Positions 29,327-39,499 of a stretch of DNA of 64,000 bases are shown here, one piece after another. Location: contig CBDFGZ010000028.1 of the NCBI GenBank assembly GCA_965247345.1, forward strand, positions 5,435 to 69,434, written 5' to 3'. A program made the position numbers and the translations under genes. Under the pieces are notes generated by a model that made no database searches, was not told the DNA's origin, and saw nothing but the letters and a program-made list of their open reading frames with translations. Numbering within the stretch: the stretch's first letter is position 1; every line of letters begins with the position of its first letter. The DNA is from Rhodomicrobiaceae bacterium. GTDB taxonomy: Bacteria; Pseudomonadota; Alphaproteobacteria; Rhizobiales; Rhodomicrobiaceae.

Positions 29327-30475
29327 GTGAGTGCCATGAACCGTGAACATAATCGACTTCGCGTGTATTCCAGGCTGGCGCTGCGCATTGCGGGCCTGCC
29401 GGTGATCGTGATGATGGCCGGTTGCAGTGAGCCGCCCGTGGCCGAGGTCCCGATCCGGCCCGTCAAAGCAATGGTCATGCAACCGCCGTCCACTGAGCGT
29501 GCACTGGTTTATTCAGGTGTACTGGCTCCACGGATCGACAGTACGCTAGGCTTTCGCGTTGCCGGGAAGATTGTCGAAAGGTCCGTGAATGTCGGTGATG
29601 CCATCGAGAGGGGGCAGACAATTGCGCGCCTTGACGAAGCCGACCTCAAGCTGTCGGAGAACAGCGCGCGAGCTACTGTGGCGGGTGCGAAGACGAGGCT
29701 GGCCGTTGCGCAGGACGCGCTTAATCGCGCAAATTTCCTCCTGCCGAAAGAGTTTATCGCAAAATCAGCCGTCGATCAGCGTCAGTTGGAGGTCGACTCG
29801 GCGCGAGCGCAGTTCGATGCGGCGCAAGATCAGCTCAAGCAAGCCATAAACGCCAGCAGTTATGCAGTCCTGACCGCCGACAAAGCGGGAATTGTGACCT
29901 CCGTACGGGCTGAACCGGGGCAGGTCGTGGGAGCGGGGCAAGCGGTCGTAACCCTGGCACTAGCGGGCGATATCGAGGCGGCGGTTGCCGTTCCCGAACA
30001 GGAAATCGCCATGCTGAAAGTGGGTGACAAAGCCAACGTGTCCCTGTGGGCGGCGGATGCCGTCCGCGGTTCCGGCAAGATACGGGAAATCGCGGGGTCC
30101 GCCGATGCAGCTTCGCGCACCTATGCCGTGCGGATTGCCCTCGATACCCCGGCGCAGGCCATGCGGCTTGGAATGACGGCGGCGGTCACGTTTCAGGTTC
30201 CCATGGACAAACGGGAGATGATCGTACCGCTTTCGGCGCTGGTAGGTGAGCAGGTGGGCAAGGAAACCGTGTTTGTGGCTGACCGTGATACGGAAACGGT
30301 AAAGATGCGCAGCGTGGGCGTCGCAGGTGTGACAGACACAGGTGTGCGGATTGTCTCAGGACTGAGCGCCGGTGACATTGTGGTTACGGGCGGCGTTCAG
30401 TTTCTGCGCGATGGCATGAAAGTGCGTCTGCCAAAAGAGGTTTTGCCCGCGATTGCCGGTGCTACGCGGTCGTAG
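29327..30475 (+). CDS. RND efflux periplasmic adaptor (membrane fusion) lipoprotein
   Basis: Lipobox VMMAGCS, coiled-coil hairpin region and C-terminal beta-domain motifs (VVTGGVQFLRDGMKV). Confidence 0.85.
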   Translation: MSAMNREHNRLRVYSRLALRIAGLPVIVMMAGCSEPPVAEVPIRPVKAMVMQPPSTERALVYSGVLAPRIDSTLGFRVAGKIVERSVNVGDAIERGQTIARLDEADLKLSENSARATVAGAKTRLAVAQDALNRANFLLPKEFIAKSAVDQRQLEVDSARAQFDAAQDQLKQAINASSYAVLTADKAGIVTSVRAEPGQVVGAGQAVVTLALAGDIEAAVAVPEQEIAMLKVGDKANVSLWAADAVRGSGKIREIAGSADAASRTYAVRIALDTPAQAMRLGMTAAVTFQVPMDKREMIVPLSALVGEQVGKETVFVADRDTETVKMRSVGVAGVTDTGVRIVSGLSAGDIVVTGGVQFLRDGMKVRLPKEVLPAIAGATRS

Positions 30476-30496
30476 CCTCGTCTAACCCGCATAATC

Positions 30497-33400
30497 TTGA
30501 ATAACGTGAATTTGGAGCACTCCATGCCTGGGCCATCCGAGGATAAGACCGATCGTGTGAAACCGGCCGATCACGGCCACTTTAACTTGTCGCGCTGGGC
30601 GATAGAGCATTCCGGTCTGACGAGCTTTCTGCTCGTCCTCATTGTAAGCGTCGGCATATTTGCGCTTGTGAAGATCGGCCAGAAGGAAGACCCGGACTTC
30701 ACTTTCCGCACGATGGTTGTTCAGGTGGTTTGGCCAGGCGCGTCTGTGCGCGAGTTGCAGGAGCAGGTCGTCGACAAGATCGAGCGCAAAATTCAGGAAA
30801 CCCCAAATCTGGATTATGTCCAGTCTTACGCTCATCCCGGCAGCGCTGTCGTCTTTGTCAACCTGCGCGGCGAAGCGCGAGGGCGGGACGTGAGCGATGC
30901 GTTCTATCAGGTGCGTAAAAAGATCGGCGATATTCAGAACACGTTCCCTGAAGGCGTCAAAGGGCCATTCTTTAATGACGAGTTTGGCGATACCTACATC
31001 GCTTTGTATGCCTTCGAGGGCGCGGGCTTCTCAAACCCCGAATTGAGGGAGTTTGCGAAAAAGGCGCGCGATACGTTGTTGAGAATTACCGGTGTCGGAA
31101 AGGTCGATCTGCTCGGTGTTCAGGATGAAACGGTTTACATCGACATTCCGTCACGCGTTCTCGCAGAGCGAAGCATTACGGCGCAGGACATTCAGTCCGC
31201 GCTCGCCGGGCAGAACTCGCAGACACCGGCCGGGACGGTTCAGACGTCCGAGCGAGCGGTTCGCCTCGATGTGCAAGGCTCGATCCTGACCGTCGAGCAG
31301 ATCCGGGAGCTTCGCGTTCGTGCGGGTTCGCAGACCATCCGCCTCGGCGATATCGCCACGATCAAGCGCGGCACCGAGGACCCACCTGTGTCGAAGATCA
31401 GATATAACGGCAAGGAGAGCGTTGTTCTCGGCGTCGTCATGGAAAAGGGATTCAACGTCGTCGAAGTGGGCAAAGCGCTCGAAGCCTCGCTTACCCGGAT
31501 ATACAGCGATCTACCAGTTGGCGTCGAATTCCATAAAATTTCCGATCAGCCCGCCGTAGTCACGAAAGCGGTAAAGGAATTCCTCGAAGCGTTGGCCGAA
31601 GCGCTACTCATCGTGCTAGCCGTATCATTGATCTCGCTAGGCTTTCGTGCGGGCATCGTCGTCGCGTTGACCATTCCGCTTGTGCTCGCCGCCACTTTTC
31701 TCGTGATGTTCGTCATTGGGATCGACTTGCAGCGCATATCGCTCGGTGCACTCATCATCGCGCTTGGCCTTCTCGTCGACGACGCCATGATTGCGGTCGA
31801 GATGATGGAGCGCAAGCTTGAGGAAGGCGAGGACAAGCTCTCTGCGGCGTCGTTCGCGTATACCTCGACGGCTTTTCCCATGTTCACCGGCACGCTGATC
31901 ACGACGGCGGGGTTCATCCCGGTGGGGTTTGCCGCGAGCACGTCGGGCGAATACGTGAACTCATTGTTCTGGGTTGTCGGCATCGCGCTCGTCGTCTCGT
32001 GGTTCGCAGCCGTTTACTTCACGCCGTGGCTCGGGTTCAAGCTGCTGAAGCATCGCCCGACGCCCGAAGGTGGACACCACAATGTTTATGACACCCCATT
32101 TTATCGCCGCCTGCATGGATTCATCGCGTGGTGTGTGCGACGGCGGAAAACGGTAATCTTGCTGACGGTCGCGGTCTTCATGGCGGCTGGCGCGAGCTTT
32201 ACCCTGATCCCGCAGCAGTTTTTCCCATCGTCGGACCGGCCTGAAATCCTCGTCGATTTATGGCTTCCCGAGGGAACATCGTTTCAGGAAACGGAACGGC
32301 AAGCGAAGCGTCTGGAACAACGACTGCTGGCGGACAAAGACGTGGGATCGATCACGGCCTTCGTTGGCGACGGCGTTCCGCGCTTTTTTCTGCCCCTCGA
32401 CCAGCAACTGAAAAACCTGAACTTTTCCCAGTTTCTTGTGCTGCCGAAAACCACCGAAACCCGCGACGGAGTTGTTGCCAGAACACGGGCCATACTGGCA
32501 GCCGAGTTTCCAACCATCAGATATAAAGTCGAGCGTTTGTTTCTGGGACCGCCCGTCGGGTGGCCGGTGCAGTTGCGCGTGCAGGGGCCGGATCGCGACG
32601 AAGTTCGCCGGATTGCCAATGAGGTGAAAAAAGCGGCGCTTGCCCATCCGCAGGTTTTCAACGTACACGACAACTGGGCGGAACTCGCGCCAAGCTTGCA
32701 ACTGGACATTGACCAGGATCGCGCGCGCGCCCTTGGCGTGACATCCAATGCTGTGCGGCAAACATTGCAAAGCATCCTCTCCGGACGGGCTATTGCCGAA
32801 TTCCGCGAAAAAGATCAGCTCATCAGCGTCATTCTTCGCGAGCCCGAGCAGACGCGTAATCTTTTGACGGCGGTTGAAAACGCGTATGTCAAGACGTCCG
32901 GCGGGGTAGCCGTCCCGATTTCACAGGTGGCGAAGACGCGATTGGCCTTCGAGCCGGGCGTGGAGTGGCGGCGCGACAGGGTGCCGACCATAACCGTGCG
33001 CGGGCAAATCCCCGACGGCGTTCAGTCCCCCGACGTGACCAAGGCTATTTACAAGCAGCTTCAGCCGCTCCGCGACAGCCTTTCGCTCGGATACAGGATC
33101 GAGATGCAGGGTGCGGTGGAAGAATCGGCGAAGGGGCAGGGGTCCATCGTCGCCAAGGCTCCAATTCTTTTGATCGTGGTTCTGTTGCTTTTGATGATCC
33201 AGCTTCAAAGCTTCGCAAAGACAATGCTGGTTATCGCCACGGCACCGCTCGGGCTGATTGGCGCGGCCGCAGCTTTGATCGTTTTTCGGGCGCCGTTCGG
33301 GTTCGTGGCCATCCTGGGCGTGATCGCGCTTGCAGGCATCATCATGCGCAACAGCGTGATCCTCGTCGATCAGATCAATCAGGATATGGCGGCGGGCATC

Positions 33401-33700
33401 GACCCGTTCGAGTCTATCGTTGGCTCAGCCGTCCGCCGTTTTCGACCAATCGCGTTGACGGCTGCGGCGGCGGTTCTCGCGCTCATTCCGTTGGCGGAGT
33501 CATCATTCTGGGGCCCGATGGCCCTTGCGATGATGGGCGGTTTGGTTGCGGCCACGATTCTGACCATGACATTTCTACCGGCATTGTATGCACTGGCGTT
33601 CCGGGTGGCCAGCCCGGCGCGAAGTGATTCGCGCTCCGCGCCACAACCATTGCCTGCAAAGGCTCAGCTATCCTCGTTCGCCCTGAAACCGGGGGAGTAA
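30497..33700 (+). CDS. RND efflux permease (AcrB/HAE family)
   Basis: 1067 aa with a 12-TM/2-large-loop layout and conserved LVDDAMIAVE and NSVILVDQI boxes. Confidence 0.9.
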   Translation: MNNVNLEHSMPGPSEDKTDRVKPADHGHFNLSRWAIEHSGLTSFLLVLIVSVGIFALVKIGQKEDPDFTFRTMVVQVVWPGASVRELQEQVVDKIERKIQETPNLDYVQSYAHPGSAVVFVNLRGEARGRDVSDAFYQVRKKIGDIQNTFPEGVKGPFFNDEFGDTYIALYAFEGAGFSNPELREFAKKARDTLLRITGVGKVDLLGVQDETVYIDIPSRVLAERSITAQDIQSALAGQNSQTPAGTVQTSERAVRLDVQGSILTVEQIRELRVRAGSQTIRLGDIATIKRGTEDPPVSKIRYNGKESVVLGVVMEKGFNVVEVGKALEASLTRIYSDLPVGVEFHKISDQPAVVTKAVKEFLEALAEALLIVLAVSLISLGFRAGIVVALTIPLVLAATFLVMFVIGIDLQRISLGALIIALGLLVDDAMIAVEMMERKLEEGEDKLSAASFAYTSTAFPMFTGTLITTAGFIPVGFAASTSGEYVNSLFWVVGIALVVSWFAAVYFTPWLGFKLLKHRPTPEGGHHNVYDTPFYRRLHGFIAWCVRRRKTVILLTVAVFMAAGASFTLIPQQFFPSSDRPEILVDLWLPEGTSFQETERQAKRLEQRLLADKDVGSITAFVGDGVPRFFLPLDQQLKNLNFSQFLVLPKTTETRDGVVARTRAILAAEFPTIRYKVERLFLGPPVGWPVQLRVQGPDRDEVRRIANEVKKAALAHPQVFNVHDNWAELAPSLQLDIDQDRARALGVTSNAVRQTLQSILSGRAIAEFREKDQLISVILREPEQTRNLLTAVENAYVKTSGGVAVPISQVAKTRLAFEPGVEWRRDRVPTITVRGQIPDGVQSPDVTKAIYKQLQPLRDSLSLGYRIEMQGAVEESAKGQGSIVAKAPILLIVVLLLLMIQLQSFAKTMLVIATAPLGLIGAAAALIVFRAPFGFVAILGVIALAGIIMRNSVILVDQINQDMAAGIDPFESIVGSAVRRFRPIALTAAAAVLALIPLAESSFWGPMALAMMGGLVAATILTMTFLPALYALAFRVASPARSDSRSAPQPLPAKAQLSSFALKPGE

Positions 33701-34057
33701 CCGCGCGTTTTTAACACATTGATTTCACTTGATATTATGCCGGAGACCCTGCTTGATGCGGGTGCTTTCCTGAGCGCGGTGTGGATAACCTTCTCGTCTA
33801 GAGGTTGGGCTTGCGTCGCGTTAATGTTTGCCTTCTAATGGCGCAGCGAACAGAGGGAAAGATTCGTTGAGACTTTGTGTGCATCGAAATGCGGTCGATG
33901 CACCATAGGCGGCGGAAATAGCATTTAAGTGCGTTTGAGTCTTTTTGTTTGCGAAAAATGGTCTTTGTGTCGTTTAGGCTGTGCGGAAGCCTTGCGGAGA
34001 CCCTACAATTTTACATACACTATCGGCTGCGATCTTGAGGGGTCACGGTGGCAGACG

Positions 34058-35815
34058 ATGGTCCGAGCGGGGTATAAAACGATGATTCCGGGGTCCGCGG
34101 AGGTCTGCCTTTCCGCGTTGTTCGTCGATTTCGACAACGTGTATCTATCGCTGCGACGACAAAATGAGGATGCTGCGGGTCGATTTGCCCGTAACCCTGC
34201 CGAATGGATGACGCGCATCGCTACAGGCGGTCTCGTCCGGTTCAAATCGCAGCAAGATTATGTGCGACGGCGATTCGCGGTCGCCAAGTGCTATGGCAAC
34301 CCGGGACGCAAGCTCATCAGTCGCGGTGGACCCCACGATCCTCATAGTTTTGCCGCCGTTCGGCCCAATTTCATGATGGCGGGGCTGGAAGTGGTGGATT
34401 GTCAGCCGCTATCGTCGCAGTTCAAGAACGGCACCGACATCAAGATCGCGTGCGACATTCGCGACATGATGGAGCATCCAACCCGCTTCGGGGAGTTCAT
34501 CATTCTATCCGGCGACGCAGACTTCACGCCGGTTCTTCATCATTTACGCTCCCATGACCGGCGTACTGTAGTCTATGCGAACGAGAGCACTGCGGAAATC
34601 TACAAAGCGTTCAGCGATGGCTGGATCGAGGAACGCGAGATGATCGCGTTTCTTCTCGACGAGGCCGGACCAGCGCTTCTTCCGCCTGAGCCATCCTATC
34701 GCGGCCGTAACGAACTTGGGTACGACGCACCACCGCGCAGTTACGCTGCTGTCACGAAGGTCGGCAATGGCATCGCGCAGGCGGAGTATGCCGGCGGATA
34801 CGCCAGGCTGCCGGATCCGCCGCCTCCACCGGCGTCACGGCGATTGCCGGCACCAGTCAATCCGGCCGTGCAGTCTTTGATGGAAGACTTTCAATCAATC
34901 GGGGCCGAAATTCTCGGTCTTGTCATCGAAGTTGTGCGATCGTCGGAAAAGCCCGTCCCCATCGCTTATCTTGCTGACCGGGCGCAAAAAATTCTTGGGC
35001 ACGCGAAAACGCTGGGCACCAACTGGGCAGGGTCTGGCGGGTTTTTGAACTTCTTGACGAGCGCACTCCCGAACACGATCCGCCTTAGCGAGAAACCGCC
35101 CCATTTCGTGTACGATCCGGCGCGGCATCGGCTTGAGGAACGGGCGGAGATGCACCCGGCACTGGCACAGAAAGTGCCGTCTGCGGCGCAGCGTCAGACT
35201 GTACAGGAGAGCAATTCGACCAAGCTCGCCGAGTTGCAGAATTCGATCACGCGCATTTACGAGGCCTGCAAGGCGCCTCCTTTGCCGCCCAGTGAGTATC
35301 ACCTGCTGTTTACGCTTGTCGCGACGGAAGTTCACGAACGCGGGTTTGCGCCAGTCAAAACAGCTCAGGCCGTGGTCGCGCGTGCCGCTCAGGAAGGACT
35401 GCGCATCGCCATGAAGGACATCACCTTTGTGCTCGAAGCTGTGGATGAGATCGACCCTTGGCTTGAACATACCCGCTCGCCAGCGGCGGTCGCCCGCGCT
35501 TATCGTGATTTTGTGCTCGCCCGCTGCCGGAACGCGGGTCTGAAGTTGACCGAAGATGAATATCAGTTGATCCAGGTGTGGTTTGGGGCCAGCCAGTGGT
35601 CGGCGGTCGCCCAGGGCACAAATCATGTCGCGCCCCTGGAACAGCACCGCACCAATAGCGCGCGGGATCCTCGCTATTCAAGCGAGGGCGCGTTACCGTC
35701 GCCGGACCATCGCTCGGATATCCCGATGCCTCCGGATTTTGTCTTCGACCGCGAGCTTGAACCCGATTCCATGCAGAAAGCATCCAGTCAACGGTTCGCT
35801 TTCCTGAAACAATAG
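34058..35815 (+). CDS. NYN (LabA-like) nuclease-domain protein with proline linker and LOTUS/OST-HTH-like C-terminal modules
   Basis: ALFVDFDNVY...GTDIKIACDIRD...FIILSGDADFTPVL is the NYN/LabA core. It is followed by a PPPPP linker and then EILGLVIEVVRSSEKPVPIAYLADRAQKIL...GGFLNFL, which resembles a LOTUS-like winged helix. The start is ambiguous (ATG at 34058 or 34082; track GTG at 33929). Confidence 0.7.
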   Translation: MVRAGYKTMIPGSAEVCLSALFVDFDNVYLSLRRQNEDAAGRFARNPAEWMTRIATGGLVRFKSQQDYVRRRFAVAKCYGNPGRKLISRGGPHDPHSFAAVRPNFMMAGLEVVDCQPLSSQFKNGTDIKIACDIRDMMEHPTRFGEFIILSGDADFTPVLHHLRSHDRRTVVYANESTAEIYKAFSDGWIEEREMIAFLLDEAGPALLPPEPSYRGRNELGYDAPPRSYAAVTKVGNGIAQAEYAGGYARLPDPPPPPASRRLPAPVNPAVQSLMEDFQSIGAEILGLVIEVVRSSEKPVPIAYLADRAQKILGHAKTLGTNWAGSGGFLNFLTSALPNTIRLSEKPPHFVYDPARHRLEERAEMHPALAQKVPSAAQRQTVQESNSTKLAELQNSITRIYEACKAPPLPPSEYHLLFTLVATEVHERGFAPVKTAQAVVARAAQEGLRIAMKDITFVLEAVDEIDPWLEHTRSPAAVARAYRDFVLARCRNAGLKLTEDEYQLIQVWFGASQWSAVAQGTNHVAPLEQHRTNSARDPRYSSEGALPSPDHRSDIPMPPDFVFDRELEPDSMQKASSQRFAFLKQ

Positions 35816-35870
35816 CAAGTTGCACCGGCGCGTTGCGCGCGGTCGGCAATATTGAGCGGGTTGGCGTCGT

Positions 35871-37526
35871 ATGCTTCCCAAGGCTGAAACTTATCACGAG
35901 TTAATCCGGCTTTTCCGTTGGGACATCCCCGAGTTCTACAATATAGGCGTAGACGTCTGCGACAAATGGGCAGAGCGGGAACCGGATCGGCCTGCTCTGG
36001 TCTGCCTCGATAACGGCGGCGAAGTAACGACGATCTCGTTTGGCAACTTACGCGATTTATCGAACGCGTGCGCCAATCTGCTTTCATTCTACGGTGTCGG
36101 GTTTGGCGACAGGGTGGGAATTTTCCTCCCGCAGTGCGCTGAAACTGCTTATGCGCATATCGCGACCTACAAGCTCGGCGCGATTGCGATCCCGCTGTTC
36201 TCGCTCTTCGGTGTCGAGGCCCTGGTTCACCGGCTTGCAGACTGCGGCGCAAAGGCCATCGTCACCAACGCGGACGGTGCCGAGAAACTGGCGGCGGTGC
36301 GTCACAGGCTTCCCGCTCTCGTTCATGTTTTTTCCATCGATGGCCTGTCATCGATGGCGATGTCTTTTCACGCTGAACTTGCGTCTCGAAGTTCAAGCTT
36401 CACACCGGTCAAGACACGCAGCGACGATCCGGCACTGATCATATACACGTCCGGCACAACAGGACTTCCCAAAGGCGCGCTGCACGCCCATCGCGTCCTG
36501 CTTGGCCACCTGCCAGGCGTTGAGTTCAGCCACGAAATGTTTCCGCAACCGGGCGACCGGATGTGGACTCCGGCGGATTGGGCCTGGATCGGCGGGCTGC
36601 TCGATGTCCTGCTTCCGTCCCTTCACCACGGTGTGCCCGTCGTTGCGCGCCGATTCGCGAAATTCACGGGCGAGGCCGCGTTTTCGCTCATGGAACAGCA
36701 CAGTGTTCGCAACGTCTTCCTGCCGCCGACAGCGTTGAAAATCATGCGCGGCATAGCGAATGCGGACACACGCTGGGCGCACAATCTGCGAACGGTGGGC
36801 AGCGGGGGTGAGGCGCTAGGGCCGGAATTGATCGACTGGGGCCGCCGGACCTTCGGAGTGACCATCAACGAATTCTACGGGCAGACCGAATGCAACCTCA
36901 CGATCTCGAGCGCGAGCCGTTTAACGCCGTCCCGGTCTGGCTTTATGGGACGTGCCGTGCCGGGACACCACGTTTGTGTGATCGACGACGCGGGTGCGCC
37001 GTGCGCGGCAGGTGAGCAAGGAGACATCGCAGTTGCATCGCCTGACCCGGTAATGTTCCTGGGATACTGGAACAACCCTGAGGCGACGGCGGCGAAGTTT
37101 CGCGGAAACTGGCTCGTTACCGGTGATCGCGGCATTTGCGATGACGAGGGGTATTTCAAATTTGTCGGCCGCGACGACGACATCATCACCTCGTCGGGCT
37201 ATCGGATCGGCCCCGGGGAAATCGAAGACTGCCTTCTGGGGCACCCGGCTGTAAAAATGGCTGCCGTGATTGGGAAGCCGGACGCGTCACGAACCGAGAT
37301 CGTCAAAGCTTACATCGTTCTGCACGATTCCACGTCAACGCCCGACGACCTCAAAACCGAACTCCAGGACTTCGTCAAGACACGCCTCGCCGCCCACGAA
37401 TATCCACGGGAGATCGAGTTTGTTGAAGAGTTGCCCTTGACAGCGACTGGGAAAGTGATCCGCCGCGAGTTGCGTAACCGCGCCATGTCCGATCCGCTCG
37501 GGGTTAGGAAATCTAAACACTTCTAA
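35871..37526 (+). CDS. AMP-dependent acyl-CoA synthetase/ligase
   Basis: IIYTSGTTGLPKG (A3 motif), GYRIGPGEIE and TATGKVIRREL (A10 Lys). Confidence 0.9.
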   Translation: MLPKAETYHELIRLFRWDIPEFYNIGVDVCDKWAEREPDRPALVCLDNGGEVTTISFGNLRDLSNACANLLSFYGVGFGDRVGIFLPQCAETAYAHIATYKLGAIAIPLFSLFGVEALVHRLADCGAKAIVTNADGAEKLAAVRHRLPALVHVFSIDGLSSMAMSFHAELASRSSSFTPVKTRSDDPALIIYTSGTTGLPKGALHAHRVLLGHLPGVEFSHEMFPQPGDRMWTPADWAWIGGLLDVLLPSLHHGVPVVARRFAKFTGEAAFSLMEQHSVRNVFLPPTALKIMRGIANADTRWAHNLRTVGSGGEALGPELIDWGRRTFGVTINEFYGQTECNLTISSASRLTPSRSGFMGRAVPGHHVCVIDDAGAPCAAGEQGDIAVASPDPVMFLGYWNNPEATAAKFRGNWLVTGDRGICDDEGYFKFVGRDDDIITSSGYRIGPGEIEDCLLGHPAVKMAAVIGKPDASRTEIVKAYIVLHDSTSTPDDLKTELQDFVKTRLAAHEYPREIEFVEELPLTATGKVIRRELRNRAMSDPLGVRKSKHF

Positions 37527-37530
37527 TTTC

Positions 37531-37605
37531 TGGTGCCGGCTGAGGGATTTGAACCCCCGACCTTCGGTTTACAAAACCGCTGCACTACCACTGTGCTAAG
37601 CCGGC
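37531..37605 (-). tRNA. tRNA-Thr (anticodon UGU)
   Basis: Reverse complement folds as GCCGGCT-TA-GCAC-AGTGGTA-GTGC-A-GCGGT-TTTGTAA-ACCGA-AGGTC-GGGGG-TTCAAAT-CCCTC-AGCCGGC-A-CCA. 75 nt with encoded CCA. Confidence 0.92.
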
Positions 37606-37913
37606 AAAGTTGTCGTGTGGTCCGGGTCCGACCCGCGATTGTCCAGGTACAACCCAAAATGCCTCATGCGGTTGGCATGTGACAGTAGATCACCCCTATG
37701 ACCATTCGCTTCAAAGTTATGTTCCATTTTCGCTTACGGCGTCAACGAGTTTCCATCGGCGATTCTTCATATCAAAAGACAAGCCGCGTCCGGTCAAGAC
37801 AGCGATAGGGTTTAAGACAACTCAACTTGCCCCCACCGATTGAATTTTTACGCTGGTTCTGCCTTCGATTTGAGCGCATTGTTCGGGATGCTTGAACTTC
37901 ATCGCGAGGCGTA

Positions 37914-39119
37914 ATGCGGGAAAGAATGCATCCGGTCTGGACACTTGTGCTTTGTGCGGCGGTCATGCTCGCCATCAACATGGGGATCCGTCAAACATTC
38001 GGACTGTATCTCAAGCCGATCAGTCAAGACCTCAAGCTCGACCGGCAGGTATTCTCGTTTGCCATCGCGCTGCTGAACCTGACCTGGGGCTTGGCAGCAC
38101 CGGTTGCGGGCGCGTTGAGCGACCGGTTCGGAGTTGTGCGTGTCGCATTAGCGGGTGCAGCGGCTTACGCGGGCGGATTGATTTTGATGGCCACGGCGGC
38201 GGGTGAAACACAGGTTGTGCTGTCCGGTGCGCTTATCGGGCTCGGTGTCGCGGGAACGGGCTTCACCGCCGTTTTCGGTGTGATCGCGCGCGCGGCACCC
38301 CCGGAAAAGCGTGCGTCCGCCCTTGGTCTCACAACCATGGGCAGTGCTATCGGGCAATTCGCATCGCTTCCATTTGTGCATCTGCTGATCGATACGCAGG
38401 GCTGGGCCACAAGCCTTTTCGTCATGGCTGGAGCCGCAATGGTCATGCTGCCGCTTGCTTTCACGATGCGGCGAACCGATGCCAATCCTGTCGCATCGAG
38501 CGTCGTCCAGCAAAGCTTGGGCGAGGCTTTGTGGGAGGCGATCCGGTATCCAAGCTTTCTGTTGCTGACGGCGGGCTTCTTTGTCTGTGGCTTTCATATC
38601 GCAGCGGTCGCGGTCCATCTTCCGGCGTTCCTTGTGGACAAGGGTTTCGACGCGCGAATGGGTGCGGTGGCGCTGACGGTGATTGGCGGCGCAAACATTG
38701 CCGGCACATACCTTTGGAGCCGGCTTGGCGACATTATGCCGAAACGCATCGCGCTCGCGGCACTCTATCTCGGGCGCGGCGTCATTTTTCTGTGTCTGCT
38801 GTATCTGCCTTTGACTGAGGTGAACGTGCTGATTTATTCGGCGGTGCTGGGCTTTTTGTGGCTCGGCACAATTCCATTGACCACTGGTCTGCTCGTCACA
38901 TTTTTCGGGCCGCGCTGGCTTTCCACGCTTTATGGCGTGGTGTTCCTCTCCCATCAGGTGGGCAGTTTCATGGGTGCGTGGCTTGGTGGATGGTTCTACG
39001 ATCATTACAAGTCATATGACTTACTCTGGTGGGCATCGATCTTGGTCGCGCTGCTGGCGGCGGTGTTGCACCTCCCGATCCGTGAGCGCGCAGCCGCCCG
39101 CTCGACCGTTCCAGCATAA
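37914..39119 (+). CDS. MFS transporter
   Basis: 401 aa with ~12 predicted TM segments and the loop 2-3 motif GALSDRFGVVRV. Confidence 0.8.
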   Translation: MRERMHPVWTLVLCAAVMLAINMGIRQTFGLYLKPISQDLKLDRQVFSFAIALLNLTWGLAAPVAGALSDRFGVVRVALAGAAAYAGGLILMATAAGETQVVLSGALIGLGVAGTGFTAVFGVIARAAPPEKRASALGLTTMGSAIGQFASLPFVHLLIDTQGWATSLFVMAGAAMVMLPLAFTMRRTDANPVASSVVQQSLGEALWEAIRYPSFLLLTAGFFVCGFHIAAVAVHLPAFLVDKGFDARMGAVALTVIGGANIAGTYLWSRLGDIMPKRIALAALYLGRGVIFLCLLYLPLTEVNVLIYSAVLGFLWLGTIPLTTGLLVTFFGPRWLSTLYGVVFLSHQVGSFMGAWLGGWFYDHYKSYDLLWWASILVALLAAVLHLPIRERAAARSTVPA

Positions 39120-39376
39120 GGTTGGCAGGTGCCCCGCTTTGCGAAATACTGTATTTGGGCCACACTTGCGGCACTGATGGGCAGTTCCGCATTTCTCATG
39201 ATCCTCCGCGGACCGGCTGTGATGCTCGACCTCGCCGGAGCAGTCGCGGCGTGTTTTTGAGTTTGTCGGCTTGACCGCGGACAAACCGTCCTTGGTTCGA
39301 GACGGCACCCCTCGATAAGTTCAGGACTGACCGAATGCTAAAGGCTGTCAACTTTATACGAAAGCATCACCCTTTT

Positions 39377-39464
39377 GTCATGGCCGCCCTTGAGGCCGCC
39401 ATCCAGAGAAAGAGTCCCGAACGAGGCTAATAGTCTAGATTGCCGGGTCAAGCCCGGCCATGAC
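39377..39464. repeat. Intergenic inverted-repeat element, copy 3 (MITE/REP-like)
   Basis: GTCATGGCCG ... CGGCCATGAC is a perfect 10-bp terminal inverted repeat. The ATCCAG and GCCGGGTCAAGCCCGGCCATGAC blocks are shared with copy 1. Confidence 0.7.
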
Positions 39465-39499
39465 GCGGTTCCGCTAAAAATGAACAGGCCTTGGCTTTT

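Noticed and set aside
34895-35647. 250-aa minus-strand ORF. Similar antisense ORFs are 38148-39005, 52829-53653, 40960-41676, 42366-43058, 14953-15570, 2746-3369 and 45687-46307.
   Set aside because: All lie antisense to genes with strong family signatures, have Arg-rich low-information sequences and show no motifs. I treat them as shadow ORFs.
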